From the NCBI GenBank assembly GCA_021816865.1, contig JAKAWX010000001.1, forward strand, positions 40,794-104,793: a stretch of 64,000 bases of DNA. The letters run 5' to 3'. The notes under the pieces are model-generated. The model saw only the letters and a list, made by a program, of their open reading frames with translations. It did no database searches and was not told the origin of the DNA. The stretch is from Thermoplasmata archaeon (GTDB lineage Archaea; Thermoplasmatota; Thermoplasmata; Lutacidiplasmatales; UBA184). Below are positions 42,202 through 51,516 of this stretch, in pieces; within the stretch, counting starts at the first letter, position 1, and each line of letters opens with the position of its first letter. A program made the position numbers and the translations under genes.

Positions 42202-45171
42202 ATGGAGAGCCCCGCGGCGAACCTGCCCGCCGGCATCGCCCCGACCGCGGTCGTCTGGTGCCGCCAGGTCGACAACGAGGCGGAGAGCCCGGGGTACACC
42301 ACCATCCCCGAGGAGTTCCCGGGGCGCCGGGAGACGCTCGAAACGATCCGCCTGGTCGGCAACCTGACGATCAACGTCGCCGACACCCACGACTACTGGG
42401 ATCCCGACCCGGCCCAGCCGCTCTCCTACTACCCGAACCTGTTCCTCTACCCGGCCGCGAACGGCCGCTACACGTGCGTCGGACGGATGTTCTTATCGAC
42501 CGAGGACCGGCCGCGGCTCGGGATGAAGACGCTCGTCTTCCCGACGGTCGAGCTCGTCGCCAGCGGTGAGTTCGGGGCGGCCGTCCTGCGGGCCCACGCC
42601 ACCATGGGTGGCCGTTCCGGCCCGATGCGACCGACCGCGGAACCGGACGGGTCGGTCTACCAGGCCGTCGGGGAAGGTTTCCTCTTCCACCGGGGGTCGA
42701 CCGAGCCGACGGTTATCGTCGCGGCGGAACAGTGGGAGGCGGCCTCCGAGGTCGTCCTCGACCTGGTACGCCTCCTGCCGAGCGCGCTTGTCGCCCTGAG
42801 CGCGTTCCTCGTGTTCCCGTACTTCCTCCCCGAGGCGAAGGTCAACCTGCACGAGTTCACGGAGCAGCTGCCGCTCGCGCTTGCGATCATGCGGGTCCCG
42901 AAGGGGGAGGCCTACGGTGACCGCCACACGAAACGGCTCCAGAGCTGGCAGGCCGCCCCGGTCGGTCTGAGGGACCTCACGAAGCCGTCGGCCTCCCGGG
43001 CTCGGGATAACCTGCCGCTGGTGCTCCAGTACGCCCGGGACCACCTCGAGCAAAAGCTTGTGGAGGTGGCGCGACGCGTCGACCTCGTGGAAGGGAGCCG
43101 CACCCGGGGCCACCTCCACGACCCGGACCACCAGGGCGGGCGGGACCGTCGCAAGGAGATGTGGCGGATCGGGACGGCGATGGAAACGGCCGCGCTCTTG
43201 CTCGCCCGCCCGAAGGGCCGGACCGTGCCGATGACCGGCGACGCGGCGAAGCGGGCGAACGAGTACCTCCGGGCCGAACCTCCGGCGCCGCTCTCCGTTG
43301 CTCCCGAACCGCTCCCCGCGGCCGCTACGGCTTTTGCCGCCAACCAGCTCCCTCCGTGGCTGCGGAGTCCCACCGAGATCAGGGTCCCGCCCCCCGGGCC
43401 CGTCGCCGTGCCGGTTTCGGTGAGCGACGATCCGTCGGCGCGCGCCGCGCCGGCCCCCGCCGCGTCGGTACCGGCCTCATCGGAGACCTCGACGGCCCTC
43501 CGACCGTCGGCCGCCGTAACGCCGACGGCCGTTCTCCCTCCCCCCGCCTCCGCCCCGACGACGGCTTTGTTCGTCCCGTTCCGGCCCGGGCCGGCCGAGC
43601 CCGAGCCGTCCCGGCCCGTGGCCCGACCCGTCCCACCGGTCGCCGACACGGCCGAGGTGGAGGCCCGGCTCCTCGCAACCCTCGATCGCCAACTGCGCGA
43701 ATCGGCCGATCGGACCGCGCGGAGTCTCGTCGAGCTGCGCGCCGACCTGTCGAGCCGCCTCGCCGCGGTGGAGGGTCGGCCGTCGGTGAACCCGGGCGAA
43801 GTGATCGAGGCGGCCGAACGCAAGGCCCGGGAGGCCGTCGACCCGCTGGTCAACGGATTCGAGGAACGGACCAAGCAGTCCGTCCAGTCCGCCGGGGAGC
43901 GGTGGGCAGCGAGGCTGCGGGAGGAGCTCCGCCAGGGCGTCGACGAGCTGAAGGCCCAGTCGCTGCGCGCCGAGGAGGAGCTAAGGGCGGCGCTGGTCAC
44001 CCAACTCGACCTCGAGCTCGCGGAGTCCCGCGAGCAGGGGAACGCCCTGCGCGAGGCGATCGAGGAACGCGTTCGTGACCTCCTCAAGGATCGTACGACC
44101 GAGGCGGACCAGCGGCGGACGAAGGAGCTGCGCGACGTCGAACAGCGCGTCGCGATCCTCGTCGACGGCCGAACGCGTGACCTCGAGAACCGTATCAAGG
44201 CGACCGTCGCGGAACAGGAGGCGAGGCTCTTGGCGCTCTCCGATGAGCGCGCGGTGCGGGCCGAGCAGCGCTCCGCGACCGAGAGGGAAGCGCGCGTTAG
44301 CGAGCTCTCCGAGGCCCAGACCCAGGCGCTCGCGGGCCTGCAGGTCCGCATGCAGGCGTACTTCGAGCAGAAGCTGCGCGAGAACCAGGAGCGGGAGCGC
44401 GAGAAGTATGTAGAGCTCCTCGCCCGACTCAAGGTCGAGGTCGACCAGTCGCTCGCGAAGTCGATCGATTCGGCCCAGTTCGAGACCGCCGTCCGCGACC
44501 GCGTCGCCCAGGTGCTCGAACGCGCCCGCGCCGACCAGGAGAAGGTTGTGGCGTCCGGGCTCGCCGACACCGAGCTTCGCCTTCGCCAGCACCAGGAGGA
44601 GGCGGTCAGCCGCGTCGAGCGCGTCGAGGCGAAGCTCCAGCAGCGCGAGGCCGACCTCGCCCGCCTCGAGCGCAGCGTGCGGCACGAGGCCGACGACCTC
44701 GACCGGCGGCTCCAGGTGTTGAGCGACCGGATGATGCCGGTCGTCCGCAAGACCTGGCTCAAGATCTCGGAGCTCGAGAAGGGCGGAGGGTCACCCGAGG
44801 ACGGGGCGAACCGGGTCGGCGAGCTGCGACGTGAGCTCACGCGTGAGCTGCGCCGGGTCGAGGGCGAGCTCCTCGAGCAGACGAGCGAGCTACGCGACCG
44901 GCTCGAAGGCACCATCGCCCACCAGGGCCGGATCTGGCTCAACCTTCTGCGGCAGATGTCGTCCGACTCCGGAGACGGCCCCGGCTCGGCGGTCCGGACG
45001 GCGAAGAGGGGAGCCCGTCCCACCGAGGAGCTCACGGACGAGGAGTTCCTGAGCACGGACCTTAGGTCGGCGGCGGGTTACCCGGGGTTCGACGACCCGC
45101 CGAACCCTCTCAGCCCGCGAGTCGACCCCGAGCTCGACCCTCCGGCCCGCCGACGCGCCCGTCGGACCTAG
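42202..45171 (+). CDS. 989-aa protein: unassigned N-terminal globular domain + Pro/Ala linker + ~450-aa coiled coil
   Basis: ORF track. The ATG lies 3 nt after the GTPase stop. N-terminal ~330 aa are globular (VVWCRQVDNEAESPGYTTIPEEF...). Residues ~370-520 are P/A/S-rich. Residues ~520-960 are a continuous E/R/L/A-rich helical repeat. C-terminus is basic (PPARRRARRT). Confidence 0.8.
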   Translation: MESPAANLPAGIAPTAVVWCRQVDNEAESPGYTTIPEEFPGRRETLETIRLVGNLTINVADTHDYWDPDPAQPLSYYPNLFLYPAANGRYTCVGRMFLSTEDRPRLGMKTLVFPTVELVASGEFGAAVLRAHATMGGRSGPMRPTAEPDGSVYQAVGEGFLFHRGSTEPTVIVAAEQWEAASEVVLDLVRLLPSALVALSAFLVFPYFLPEAKVNLHEFTEQLPLALAIMRVPKGEAYGDRHTKRLQSWQAAPVGLRDLTKPSASRARDNLPLVLQYARDHLEQKLVEVARRVDLVEGSRTRGHLHDPDHQGGRDRRKEMWRIGTAMETAALLLARPKGRTVPMTGDAAKRANEYLRAEPPAPLSVAPEPLPAAATAFAANQLPPWLRSPTEIRVPPPGPVAVPVSVSDDPSARAAPAPAASVPASSETSTALRPSAAVTPTAVLPPPASAPTTALFVPFRPGPAEPEPSRPVARPVPPVADTAEVEARLLATLDRQLRESADRTARSLVELRADLSSRLAAVEGRPSVNPGEVIEAAERKAREAVDPLVNGFEERTKQSVQSAGERWAARLREELRQGVDELKAQSLRAEEELRAALVTQLDLELAESREQGNALREAIEERVRDLLKDRTTEADQRRTKELRDVEQRVAILVDGRTRDLENRIKATVAEQEARLLALSDERAVRAEQRSATEREARVSELSEAQTQALAGLQVRMQAYFEQKLRENQEREREKYVELLARLKVEVDQSLAKSIDSAQFETAVRDRVAQVLERARADQEKVVASGLADTELRLRQHQEEAVSRVERVEAKLQQREADLARLERSVRHEADDLDRRLQVLSDRMMPVVRKTWLKISELEKGGGSPEDGANRVGELRRELTRELRRVEGELLEQTSELRDRLEGTIAHQGRIWLNLLRQMSSDSGDGPGSAVRTAKRGARPTEELTDEEFLSTDLRSAAGYPGFDDPPNPLSPRVDPELDPPARRRARRT

Positions 45172-45227
45172 CGAGCCCACGGGACCGGCGGCAAGGCTAA
45201 GCGCGTCCCTGAGGTAGTCCCCTCATC

Positions 45228-45419
45228 GTGCCCCCACCCCCCGATCACCGGCATTGCAAGGTCTGCGGTCGCGCCTGCGACGTCGGATCCGAGACGTGCA
45301 GTGCATCGTGCGCCGCGAAGCGGGCGCAGCAGCTCACGAGCCGTCGGACCTACACGTACCTCCTGTACGGCGCTATCGCACTGTTGCTGATCGTCTTCGC
45401 CAGCCGGTTCTTCGTGTAG
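45228..45419 (+). CDS. Small Zn-ribbon + single-TM protein (DUF2116-like)
   Basis: ORF track, 63 aa, GTG start. Motifs: CKVCGRAC...CSASC, then YLLYGAIALLLIVFASRFF. Confidence 0.6.
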   Translation: MPPPPDHRHCKVCGRACDVGSETCSASCAAKRAQQLTSRRTYTYLLYGAIALLLIVFASRFFV

Positions 45420-45429
45420 GAGGTCGACC

Positions 45430-46269
45430 GTGCGGCCGAAAGGACACGCCGTGCTCGGCGGCACGTTCGACCACTTCCACGTCGGACACGCGGCGCTGCT
45501 CGATGCGGCGTTCCGCGCGGGCCGGACGGTCTCGGTCGGCGTGACGACCGACCGCTACCTCGCCCTCCATCCGAAACCCGAGGCCGAGAGGCTCCAGCCG
45601 TACGCCGCCCGTGTGCGTGCGGTGCGCCGATACCTCGCCGGCCGCCACCCGACCGACCGGTTCCGCACGGTCCCCCTGGAAGACCGGTTCGGACGTTCGG
45701 TCGGGGAGGGGGTCGACCGCCTCGTCGTTTCGGTCGAGACGGTCGGGGGCGCCCGGGCCGTCAACGCCGAGCGCCGTCGCCTCGGCCGCCGGCCGCTTCC
45801 GGTGCTGGTCGTCCCGCTCGTGCTCGCCGACGACCTCGAACCGGTGAGCGCGCGACGTATCCGCGCGGGCACGATCGACCGCGACGGACGGCGCCGCTCC
45901 CCGATCCGGGTCGGTCTGCAGGTCGAGGACGCCCGGGACTCCGCGGCCGCCCGTCGTGCCGTTCGTCGCATCTTCCGATCCTCCCGGATCGATTCCGGGC
46001 CCCCCGTCCGCCCGACCGGGCGACGTTCGGCCGCGTCCCGGGCGACCCGACTGGCCAAGGCCGGGGCCGCGGGTCGCGACCTCGGTCTCGGCGTCGCGCG
46101 CGACCCGAAGGGAGGTTGGTTGCTCGCCGAGCGCTCGCGGACCCTGGCACTGGCGCCGCGACGCGTTCGGGCGGGCGGCCCCGACCGGCTCGCGCGCGCG
46201 CTCGAGGAGCTCCTGCGCCCGTCGGTCGAGCGCAACGCCTTTCCCCTCCGACGGCCCTCTCGCCGCTGA
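45430..46269 (+). CDS. Phosphopantetheine adenylyltransferase (archaeal cytidylyltransferase-fold PPAT) with ~125-aa C-terminal extension
   Basis: ORF track, 279 aa. Motifs: AVLGGTFDHFHVGHAALL, VSARRIRAGTIDRDG. The extension has no family I can name. Confidence 0.8.
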   Translation: MRPKGHAVLGGTFDHFHVGHAALLDAAFRAGRTVSVGVTTDRYLALHPKPEAERLQPYAARVRAVRRYLAGRHPTDRFRTVPLEDRFGRSVGEGVDRLVVSVETVGGARAVNAERRRLGRRPLPVLVVPLVLADDLEPVSARRIRAGTIDRDGRRRSPIRVGLQVEDARDSAAARRAVRRIFRSSRIDSGPPVRPTGRRSAASRATRLAKAGAAGRDLGLGVARDPKGGWLLAERSRTLALAPRRVRAGGPDRLARALEELLRPSVERNAFPLRRPSRR

Positions 46270-46490
46270 TGGAGACCTACCTGCGCGTCTCGTTCGGAAG
46301 CGAGGGAGCGAAGCCGTCCGCGGTCGCCGACCGCCTCCGGTCGTGCGGGTTTCTGCCGACGCAGGGGAACTACGACTTCGTCTACGACTGGCAGGGCTCG
46401 GCGACCCGGGACCAGGTCCTCGACCTCTCGGACGAGATCTCCCGGCAGCTGCGCGGCCTCCGCGTGCTGGTCGAGGTCGAGACGGTATAG
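46269..46490 (+). CDS. Small hypothetical protein (73 aa)
   Basis: In-frame part of ORF 46116..46490 from the ATG at 46269, which shares 1 nt with the PPAT stop (TGATG). Sequence: METYLRVSFGSEGAKPSAVADRLRSCGFLPTQGNYDFVYDW... Confidence 0.5.
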   Translation: METYLRVSFGSEGAKPSAVADRLRSCGFLPTQGNYDFVYDWQGSATRDQVLDLSDEISRQLRGLRVLVEVETV

Positions 46491-46538
46491 GCCCGCGGAA
46501 CGCCCGCGGCGCGGACGACCCGCGAGAGCTTTTATCGA

Positions 46539-46886
46539 GTGCCGGGCTCGCACGTTCCCGTGCAGACCTACCCGGTCCGTGCGAGCCACCGGGCCCAGCT
46601 CACCCCCGAGTCGCTCGCGCGCCTCGTCACGGCGCACTTCGGATCGGCCGAGACCCAGGGCGATTCGGTGAGCACCGCCTGCGGCGCCATCTCCCGCCTG
46701 GTCGTCCGCGGCCATAACCGGGCGCTCGTCGTCGACGTCACGATGAACGCGAAGGTCGCCGAGGACGTCGCCCGCGACACGATCGGTCGGTACAACCGCT
46801 TCCTCGAGGAGACGACCGGGTACAGTTCGAAGGAGCGGGCCCGGCGGCTCCGCAAGTCCGCGGGAGGGCCGACATCGGGGGCCTGA
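46539..46886 (+). CDS. Hypothetical protein
   Basis: ORF track, 115 aa. GCTTTTATCGA TATA-like patch at about 46523-46533 suggests the true start may be the in-frame GTG at 46560. No family recognised. Confidence 0.5.
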   Translation: MPGSHVPVQTYPVRASHRAQLTPESLARLVTAHFGSAETQGDSVSTACGAISRLVVRGHNRALVVDVTMNAKVAEDVARDTIGRYNRFLEETTGYSSKERARRLRKSAGGPTSGA

Positions 46887-46890
46887 CGGT

Positions 46891-48468
46891 ATGACCGCCG
46901 CGGCTCCGGGACCGCTCCCGTCCTCGGGAGCCACCGAGCTCGAGAAGATCCGGGCGGTCGTCGCGGCGTACTTCCCCGTCTACGAGACCCGGGTCGGGCC
47001 GCAGTCGCTCCTGCTCGCCGTCCACGTCGACCGCGCCGAGCTTGCCGAGAAGTTCGACCGCCTTCGCCAGGAGCTCTGGGGGCTCGGCTACATCCCCCTC
47101 GTCCGTCGCCAGTCGGGCGAGGACTTCATCGAGGTCGTCCGGCGCTCGCGCACGGGTCGGCCGCGGATCTGGATCAACCTCTTGCTCCTCGCCGGGACGG
47201 TCGCGACGACCGCGTTCGCGGGGGCGCTCATCTGGCTCACGTACGCCGGAGGAACGGCCCTCACGCCGACCGATTTCCTCCTCGGGGCGCTCTACTTCGC
47301 CGCGCCGGTGATGACGATCCTCGGCCTGCACGAGTCCGCTCATTACGTGATGGCGCGGCGACGCCACGTCGAGGCATCGCTGCCGTACTTCGTGCCGGTC
47401 CCACCGCCGTTCCTCTTCGGCACGCTCGGGGCGTTCGTCAGCATCCGCGAGCCGTTTCCCGACCGCAAGACGCTCTTCGACATCGGGGCCGCCGGTCCGG
47501 TCGCGGGGTTCCTCGCGTCGGTGCCGATCGCCATTGCCGGCCTCTACCTCTCGATCCACGCCCCGGTCCTTCCCGCGACGTACTGCGGCCCGACGATCCT
47601 CGGCCAGAGCTACGGGAACCTCGAGGTCGGCACGCCGATCTTCTGGTTCCTGCTGGCGCAATTCTTCCCGCCGAACCTCGTGAACCTCCACCCGCTCGCG
47701 CTCGCCGGCTGGGTCGGGATCTTCGTCACGGCCATCAACCTCCTGCCGGCGGGCCAGCTCGACGGCGGCCACGTCTTCCGTGCCCTTTTCGGCGAGCGGT
47801 CCCGCTACGTCAGCTACGGGATCGTCGTCCTGCTCTTCGGCCTCGGCCTCTTCTACACGGGGTGGCTCTTCTTCGCGGTCCTGATCCTGGTCCTCGGCTT
47901 TCGCCATCCGCCGCCCCTCAACGACTACACCCCGCTCGGCCCGACGCGCTACGCGGTCGGCGGGCTCGTCCTCGTCCTCCTCGTGACGGGGTTCGTCGTC
48001 GTGCCGCTCGCGGTCCCGCCAGGGTCGGTCTCGTTCCAGAACGCAAGCTCCGCGATCCCCGTCTCGCTCCCGCCGGGCGCCCAGGTCGCCGCGAACCTCA
48101 CGGCGACGCTCGCGAACGGCGACCAGTTCCCGCACGGCTACGGGCTGAGCGCCGCGGTGACGAACGTCACGAACGCGACCGGGGTCTACCTCACGGGCAC
48201 AGCGTTCCAGGAGTGGGCCGCGAACGCGACGTGGCGGTTCTTCCTTCCCGGCGGCACCACCGTCGTCCTCACCGGCGCCTCGGTGACGCTTCCCCAGAGC
48301 GACTTCGTCACGGTCGACGAGACGACCGCCTACAAGGTCCCGATCGCGGTCGAGTTCTCCGACACCGGGCTCGCCCGGCAGGCGACGCTCGTCCTCACGG
48401 CGACCCAGTTCTGCGCCCCGTCGGGCGCGCAGCCCGCGAGCGCGTCGTTCTCCCCGCTGTTCCTCTGA
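46891..48468 (+). CDS. Site-2 protease family (M50) membrane metalloprotease with C-terminal extracellular domain
   Basis: ORF track, 525 aa. HExxH (LHESAHYV), NLLPAGQLDGGH, and multiple TM segments. Confidence 0.9.
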   Translation: MTAAAPGPLPSSGATELEKIRAVVAAYFPVYETRVGPQSLLLAVHVDRAELAEKFDRLRQELWGLGYIPLVRRQSGEDFIEVVRRSRTGRPRIWINLLLLAGTVATTAFAGALIWLTYAGGTALTPTDFLLGALYFAAPVMTILGLHESAHYVMARRRHVEASLPYFVPVPPPFLFGTLGAFVSIREPFPDRKTLFDIGAAGPVAGFLASVPIAIAGLYLSIHAPVLPATYCGPTILGQSYGNLEVGTPIFWFLLAQFFPPNLVNLHPLALAGWVGIFVTAINLLPAGQLDGGHVFRALFGERSRYVSYGIVVLLFGLGLFYTGWLFFAVLILVLGFRHPPPLNDYTPLGPTRYAVGGLVLVLLVTGFVVVPLAVPPGSVSFQNASSAIPVSLPPGAQVAANLTATLANGDQFPHGYGLSAAVTNVTNATGVYLTGTAFQEWAANATWRFFLPGGTTVVLTGASVTLPQSDFVTVDETTAYKVPIAVEFSDTGLARQATLVLTATQFCAPSGAQPASASFSPLFL

Positions 48469-48477
48469 CCCAACGGC

Positions 48478-49488
48478 TCAGGCGCCGCCCGCCCGCTCGT
48501 AGACCCGGAACTCGCGCGTGAGGCTCCGGTGGACCCGGACCGCCACCGCGAGCCGGAGCTCGAACGGGGAGGGAAGCGCTTCCGCGCCGGAAGGAACGAT
48601 CAGGACGACACGCCCCCCGGCGCTCAGTCGCTCGCCCCACCGAGGCACCGTCCGCGCGATCAGGCGGTCGGCGGACTCCGCGCCGGTGCTCGAAGAGCGG
48701 CCGTACGGCGGGTCGGTGAGCACGGCCCGGAACGGGCCCGTCTCGGACGCGAAGCCGACCGTCGCCGCGTCCCCGACGACGAGCTCCTCCGCCGAGACGC
48801 CGAGGTGGGCGAAGTTCGCGAGCGCCCCCCGCACCATCGTCGCATCGCGGTCGATTCCGTAGAGGCGGCTGCCGAGCAGGCCCGCCTCGGCGAGCAGCGC
48901 GCCCGTGCCGAGGAACGGGTCGAGCACCCGGTCCCCGGGCCGGACGCGCGCGAGGTTCGCCGCGGCGCGCGCGAGCCGCGGCGCGAGGCTCACCGGGCGG
49001 CGGAACGGGAGGAGCGGCATGCGTCGTCGGGACGCCGCCGCGCGGTCGATGGTCCCGATCTCCTCGAGGAGGCGGTCGACCCCGCTCCCGTCCCGGGCGA
49101 GCCAGAACCGCCGCCGGGGCGCGTCGAGGTCGATACGACCCCCGGCGGACTTGTAGGCCCGGCCGGCGGCGAGGACCCCCGTGTCGGCGGCACCGCCCGG
49201 CCGCCCGAGGCGACGGAATGCGGCCGCGTCGCCGAGGGTTCCCGCACGGGCCGCGGCGAGCTCGGCGGGTTCTGTCGCGGCGACCCGGGCCAAGCAGCGG
49301 TGCGCGAGGGCGAGACGGTCCGAGAGAAGGGCGGCCGAGACACCGTCGGGGAGATCGACCGCAACGAGGCCGCTCACGTCGCTCTCGGCCCCGGGGGCCC
49401 GACCTCCGAGGGCCTCGGCCGCGGCGACGGCCTCCGCCTCCGCGAGTGCCGGGCTCTCCCCGGACGGCTCGACGTACACTCGGATCAA
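48478..49488 (-). CDS. RNA (guanine-N2) methyltransferase, Trm11/Trm-G10-like
   Basis: In-frame 336 codons of ORF 48478..49743 from the TTG at 49488 (TTGA overlap with the upstream stop). Motifs: VLDPFLGTGALL (SAM motif I) and LTDPPYG (motif IV). Confidence 0.7.
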   Translation of the reverse strand: MIRVYVEPSGESPALAEAEAVAAAEALGGRAPGAESDVSGLVAVDLPDGVSAALLSDRLALAHRCLARVAATEPAELAAARAGTLGDAAAFRRLGRPGGAADTGVLAAGRAYKSAGGRIDLDAPRRRFWLARDGSGVDRLLEEIGTIDRAAASRRRMPLLPFRRPVSLAPRLARAAANLARVRPGDRVLDPFLGTGALLAEAGLLGSRLYGIDRDATMVRGALANFAHLGVSAEELVVGDAATVGFASETGPFRAVLTDPPYGRSSSTGAESADRLIARTVPRWGERLSAGGRVVLIVPSGAEALPSPFELRLAVAVRVHRSLTREFRVYERAGGA

Positions 49489-49967
49489 GCCCGGGCCTCG
49501 TCGGCCCACTCCGCGAGCTGAGCGCGGATCCGGGCCGTGTGGGTGCCTTCCCAGTAGAGATGGCCGCACGCCGCGCAACGGTAGATCGAGAGGCCGCTCG
49601 CGACGCGGTCGCGGGGCACGCCTTCGGGCCACGAGCCGGCCGAGGGGGGATCCTCGATATGCAGAAGTCCGTTGCACACGGTGCAACGGTCGAACCGAAC
49701 CTCGAAGGGAACCTCCGGGTGCGCGGCGCGGACCTGCGCCCACTGCTCGGAAAGCCGGGGGCTCGTGAGAAGGACCGCGCGGGGGGCACGGCGGGCGAGC
49801 GCCCGATCCCGCGTCACGAGGATACGGCCTTCCTCGGAAGCCGTGCGGAGGATCTCGTCGTCCGAGAGACCCCGCACGTAGAGGGTATCGAGCCCGACGA
49901 ACCTGAGGTAGCGGGCGAGGCGGCCCACCATCTCGTCGGCGAGCCAGCGGGACGGCGCCACGCCCAC
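49485..49967 (-). CDS. Mut7-C (DUF82) PIN-like RNase domain protein with Zn ribbon
   Basis: ORF track, 160 aa. Motifs: LADEMVGRLARYLRFVGLDT, ILVTRD, CTVCNG...CAACGHLYWEGTH. Confidence 0.8.
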   Translation of the reverse strand: MGVAPSRWLADEMVGRLARYLRFVGLDTLYVRGLSDDEILRTASEEGRILVTRDRALARRAPRAVLLTSPRLSEQWAQVRAAHPEVPFEVRFDRCTVCNGLLHIEDPPSAGSWPEGVPRDRVASGLSIYRCAACGHLYWEGTHTARIRAQLAEWADEARA

Positions 49968-50040
49968 CGACCCCCGGCCCGGGATTTACCGTTGGCTGTC
50001 ATATAAGGCCCCGTCACTCTGCCGGACGGCAGGGACGGAC

Positions 50041-51417
50041 GTGCGGCTTTTCGGGACGAACGGGATTCGCGAGGTTGTTGGAGAGGCGTTCACGGCCCCG
50101 TTCGTCACGAGGGTCGTCGGGGCGATCGCCGCGCAACTGCCCGTCGGCGCCCCCATTGTCGTCGGGCGGGACGCCCGGACCTCGAGCGCCGCCTTCGCCC
50201 AGATCGCAAGCGCGACGCTCGCGCTCGCGGGCCACCGCGTGGTCGACGTCGGCCTGCTGCCGACCCCCGCGATCCAGTGGATGGTCGTCCACCACCGCGC
50301 GCAGCTGGGCGTCATCCTGACGGCGTCACACAATCCGCCCGAGTTCAACGGGGTGAAGTGCATCGCCGCCGACGGCCTCGAGGTCCCGCGGCCGGTCGAG
50401 GAGGCCATCGAGGCGGCCGTCGAGCGCGGGGAGGCACCGGCCGTGCCGTTCGACCGGGTCGGAGAAGTGGCCGCCGACCCGTCGGGCGCGGGCCGGTACG
50501 TCGACGCCATCCTCGGCCAGGTCGACGCCGCCGCGATCGCCGCGCGTCGGCTCACGGTCGTGCTCGACTGCGGCAACGGCGCGTCGACGGTCACGAGCCC
50601 GACGCTCCTCCGACGGCTCGGATGCCGGGTCATCTCCCTCAACGGGCAGCCGGACGGCACGTTCCCGGGCCATCTCTCCGAGCCGACCGAAGCGAACCTC
50701 GTCGACCTCCGACGGGTCGTCCCCGCGGTCGGAGCCGACCTCGGGATCGCGCACGACGGGGACGCCGACCGCGCGGTCTTTGTCGAGTCGGGGGGCCGCT
50801 ACGTTCCGGGCGAGGAGATCCTCACGCTGCTCGCCCGGGACGCGGTCGAGCGGGCGCGCGGCGGGGTCGTGGTGACGCCCGTGTCGGCGTCGCAGGCCGT
50901 CGAGGATGCGATCGCTCCGCTGAACGGGACGGTCGTGTACACGCGTGTCGGCTCCCCGGCCGTCACGCGCGCGATGCTCGAACACCGGGCCGTTTTCGGG
51001 GGCGAGGAGAACGGTGGGCTGATCCTACCGAAACACCAACTGGCGCGCGACGGTGCGATGACCGCCGCCGCGGTGCTCGACCTCATGGCCCGCCGGACGG
51101 CTTCGCTCGCCGAGATCCTTCGGGACCTTCCGCGCTACACGCTGGTGAAGGAGAAGACGGCTTGCCCCGCCCCGTTGCGGTCGGCCGTCCAGGACCGGGT
51201 CGCGAGCGCGCTCGCGAGCGACAGCGACCGGGTCGTCACGATCGACGGCGTCAAGGCGTTCCGCGAGGGCGGCTGGGTCCTGATCCGACCCTCGGGGACC
51301 GAGCCGCTCTTCCGGATCTTCGCCGAATCGAGAGACCCGGCGGTCGCGCGCCGGATCGCCGACCATGGACTCGCCGTCGTCCGGGCGGCCGTCGTGCAGG
51401 CACAGAAGACCGCCTGA
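50041..51417 (+). CDS. Phosphoglucosamine/phosphomannomutase (alpha-D-phosphohexomutase family)
   Basis: ORF track, 458 aa, GTG start. Motifs: LFGTNGIRE, TASHNPPEFNGVK, AHDGDADR, GGEENGG. CATATAAGG TATA-like element lies about 35 nt upstream. Confidence 0.9.
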   Translation: MRLFGTNGIREVVGEAFTAPFVTRVVGAIAAQLPVGAPIVVGRDARTSSAAFAQIASATLALAGHRVVDVGLLPTPAIQWMVVHHRAQLGVILTASHNPPEFNGVKCIAADGLEVPRPVEEAIEAAVERGEAPAVPFDRVGEVAADPSGAGRYVDAILGQVDAAAIAARRLTVVLDCGNGASTVTSPTLLRRLGCRVISLNGQPDGTFPGHLSEPTEANLVDLRRVVPAVGADLGIAHDGDADRAVFVESGGRYVPGEEILTLLARDAVERARGGVVVTPVSASQAVEDAIAPLNGTVVYTRVGSPAVTRAMLEHRAVFGGEENGGLILPKHQLARDGAMTAAAVLDLMARRTASLAEILRDLPRYTLVKEKTACPAPLRSAVQDRVASALASDSDRVVTIDGVKAFREGGWVLIRPSGTEPLFRIFAESRDPAVARRIADHGLAVVRAAVVQAQKTA

Positions 51418-51516
51418 TCCAGGGGCCGGGCCGTCGGCTCGGCCGTCGGACCGCAACCTCCCGGCTCGCCAAACCTCAAAACATCCCCTCACGTGGGAAG
51501 ACCCGAGGGCGAACGC

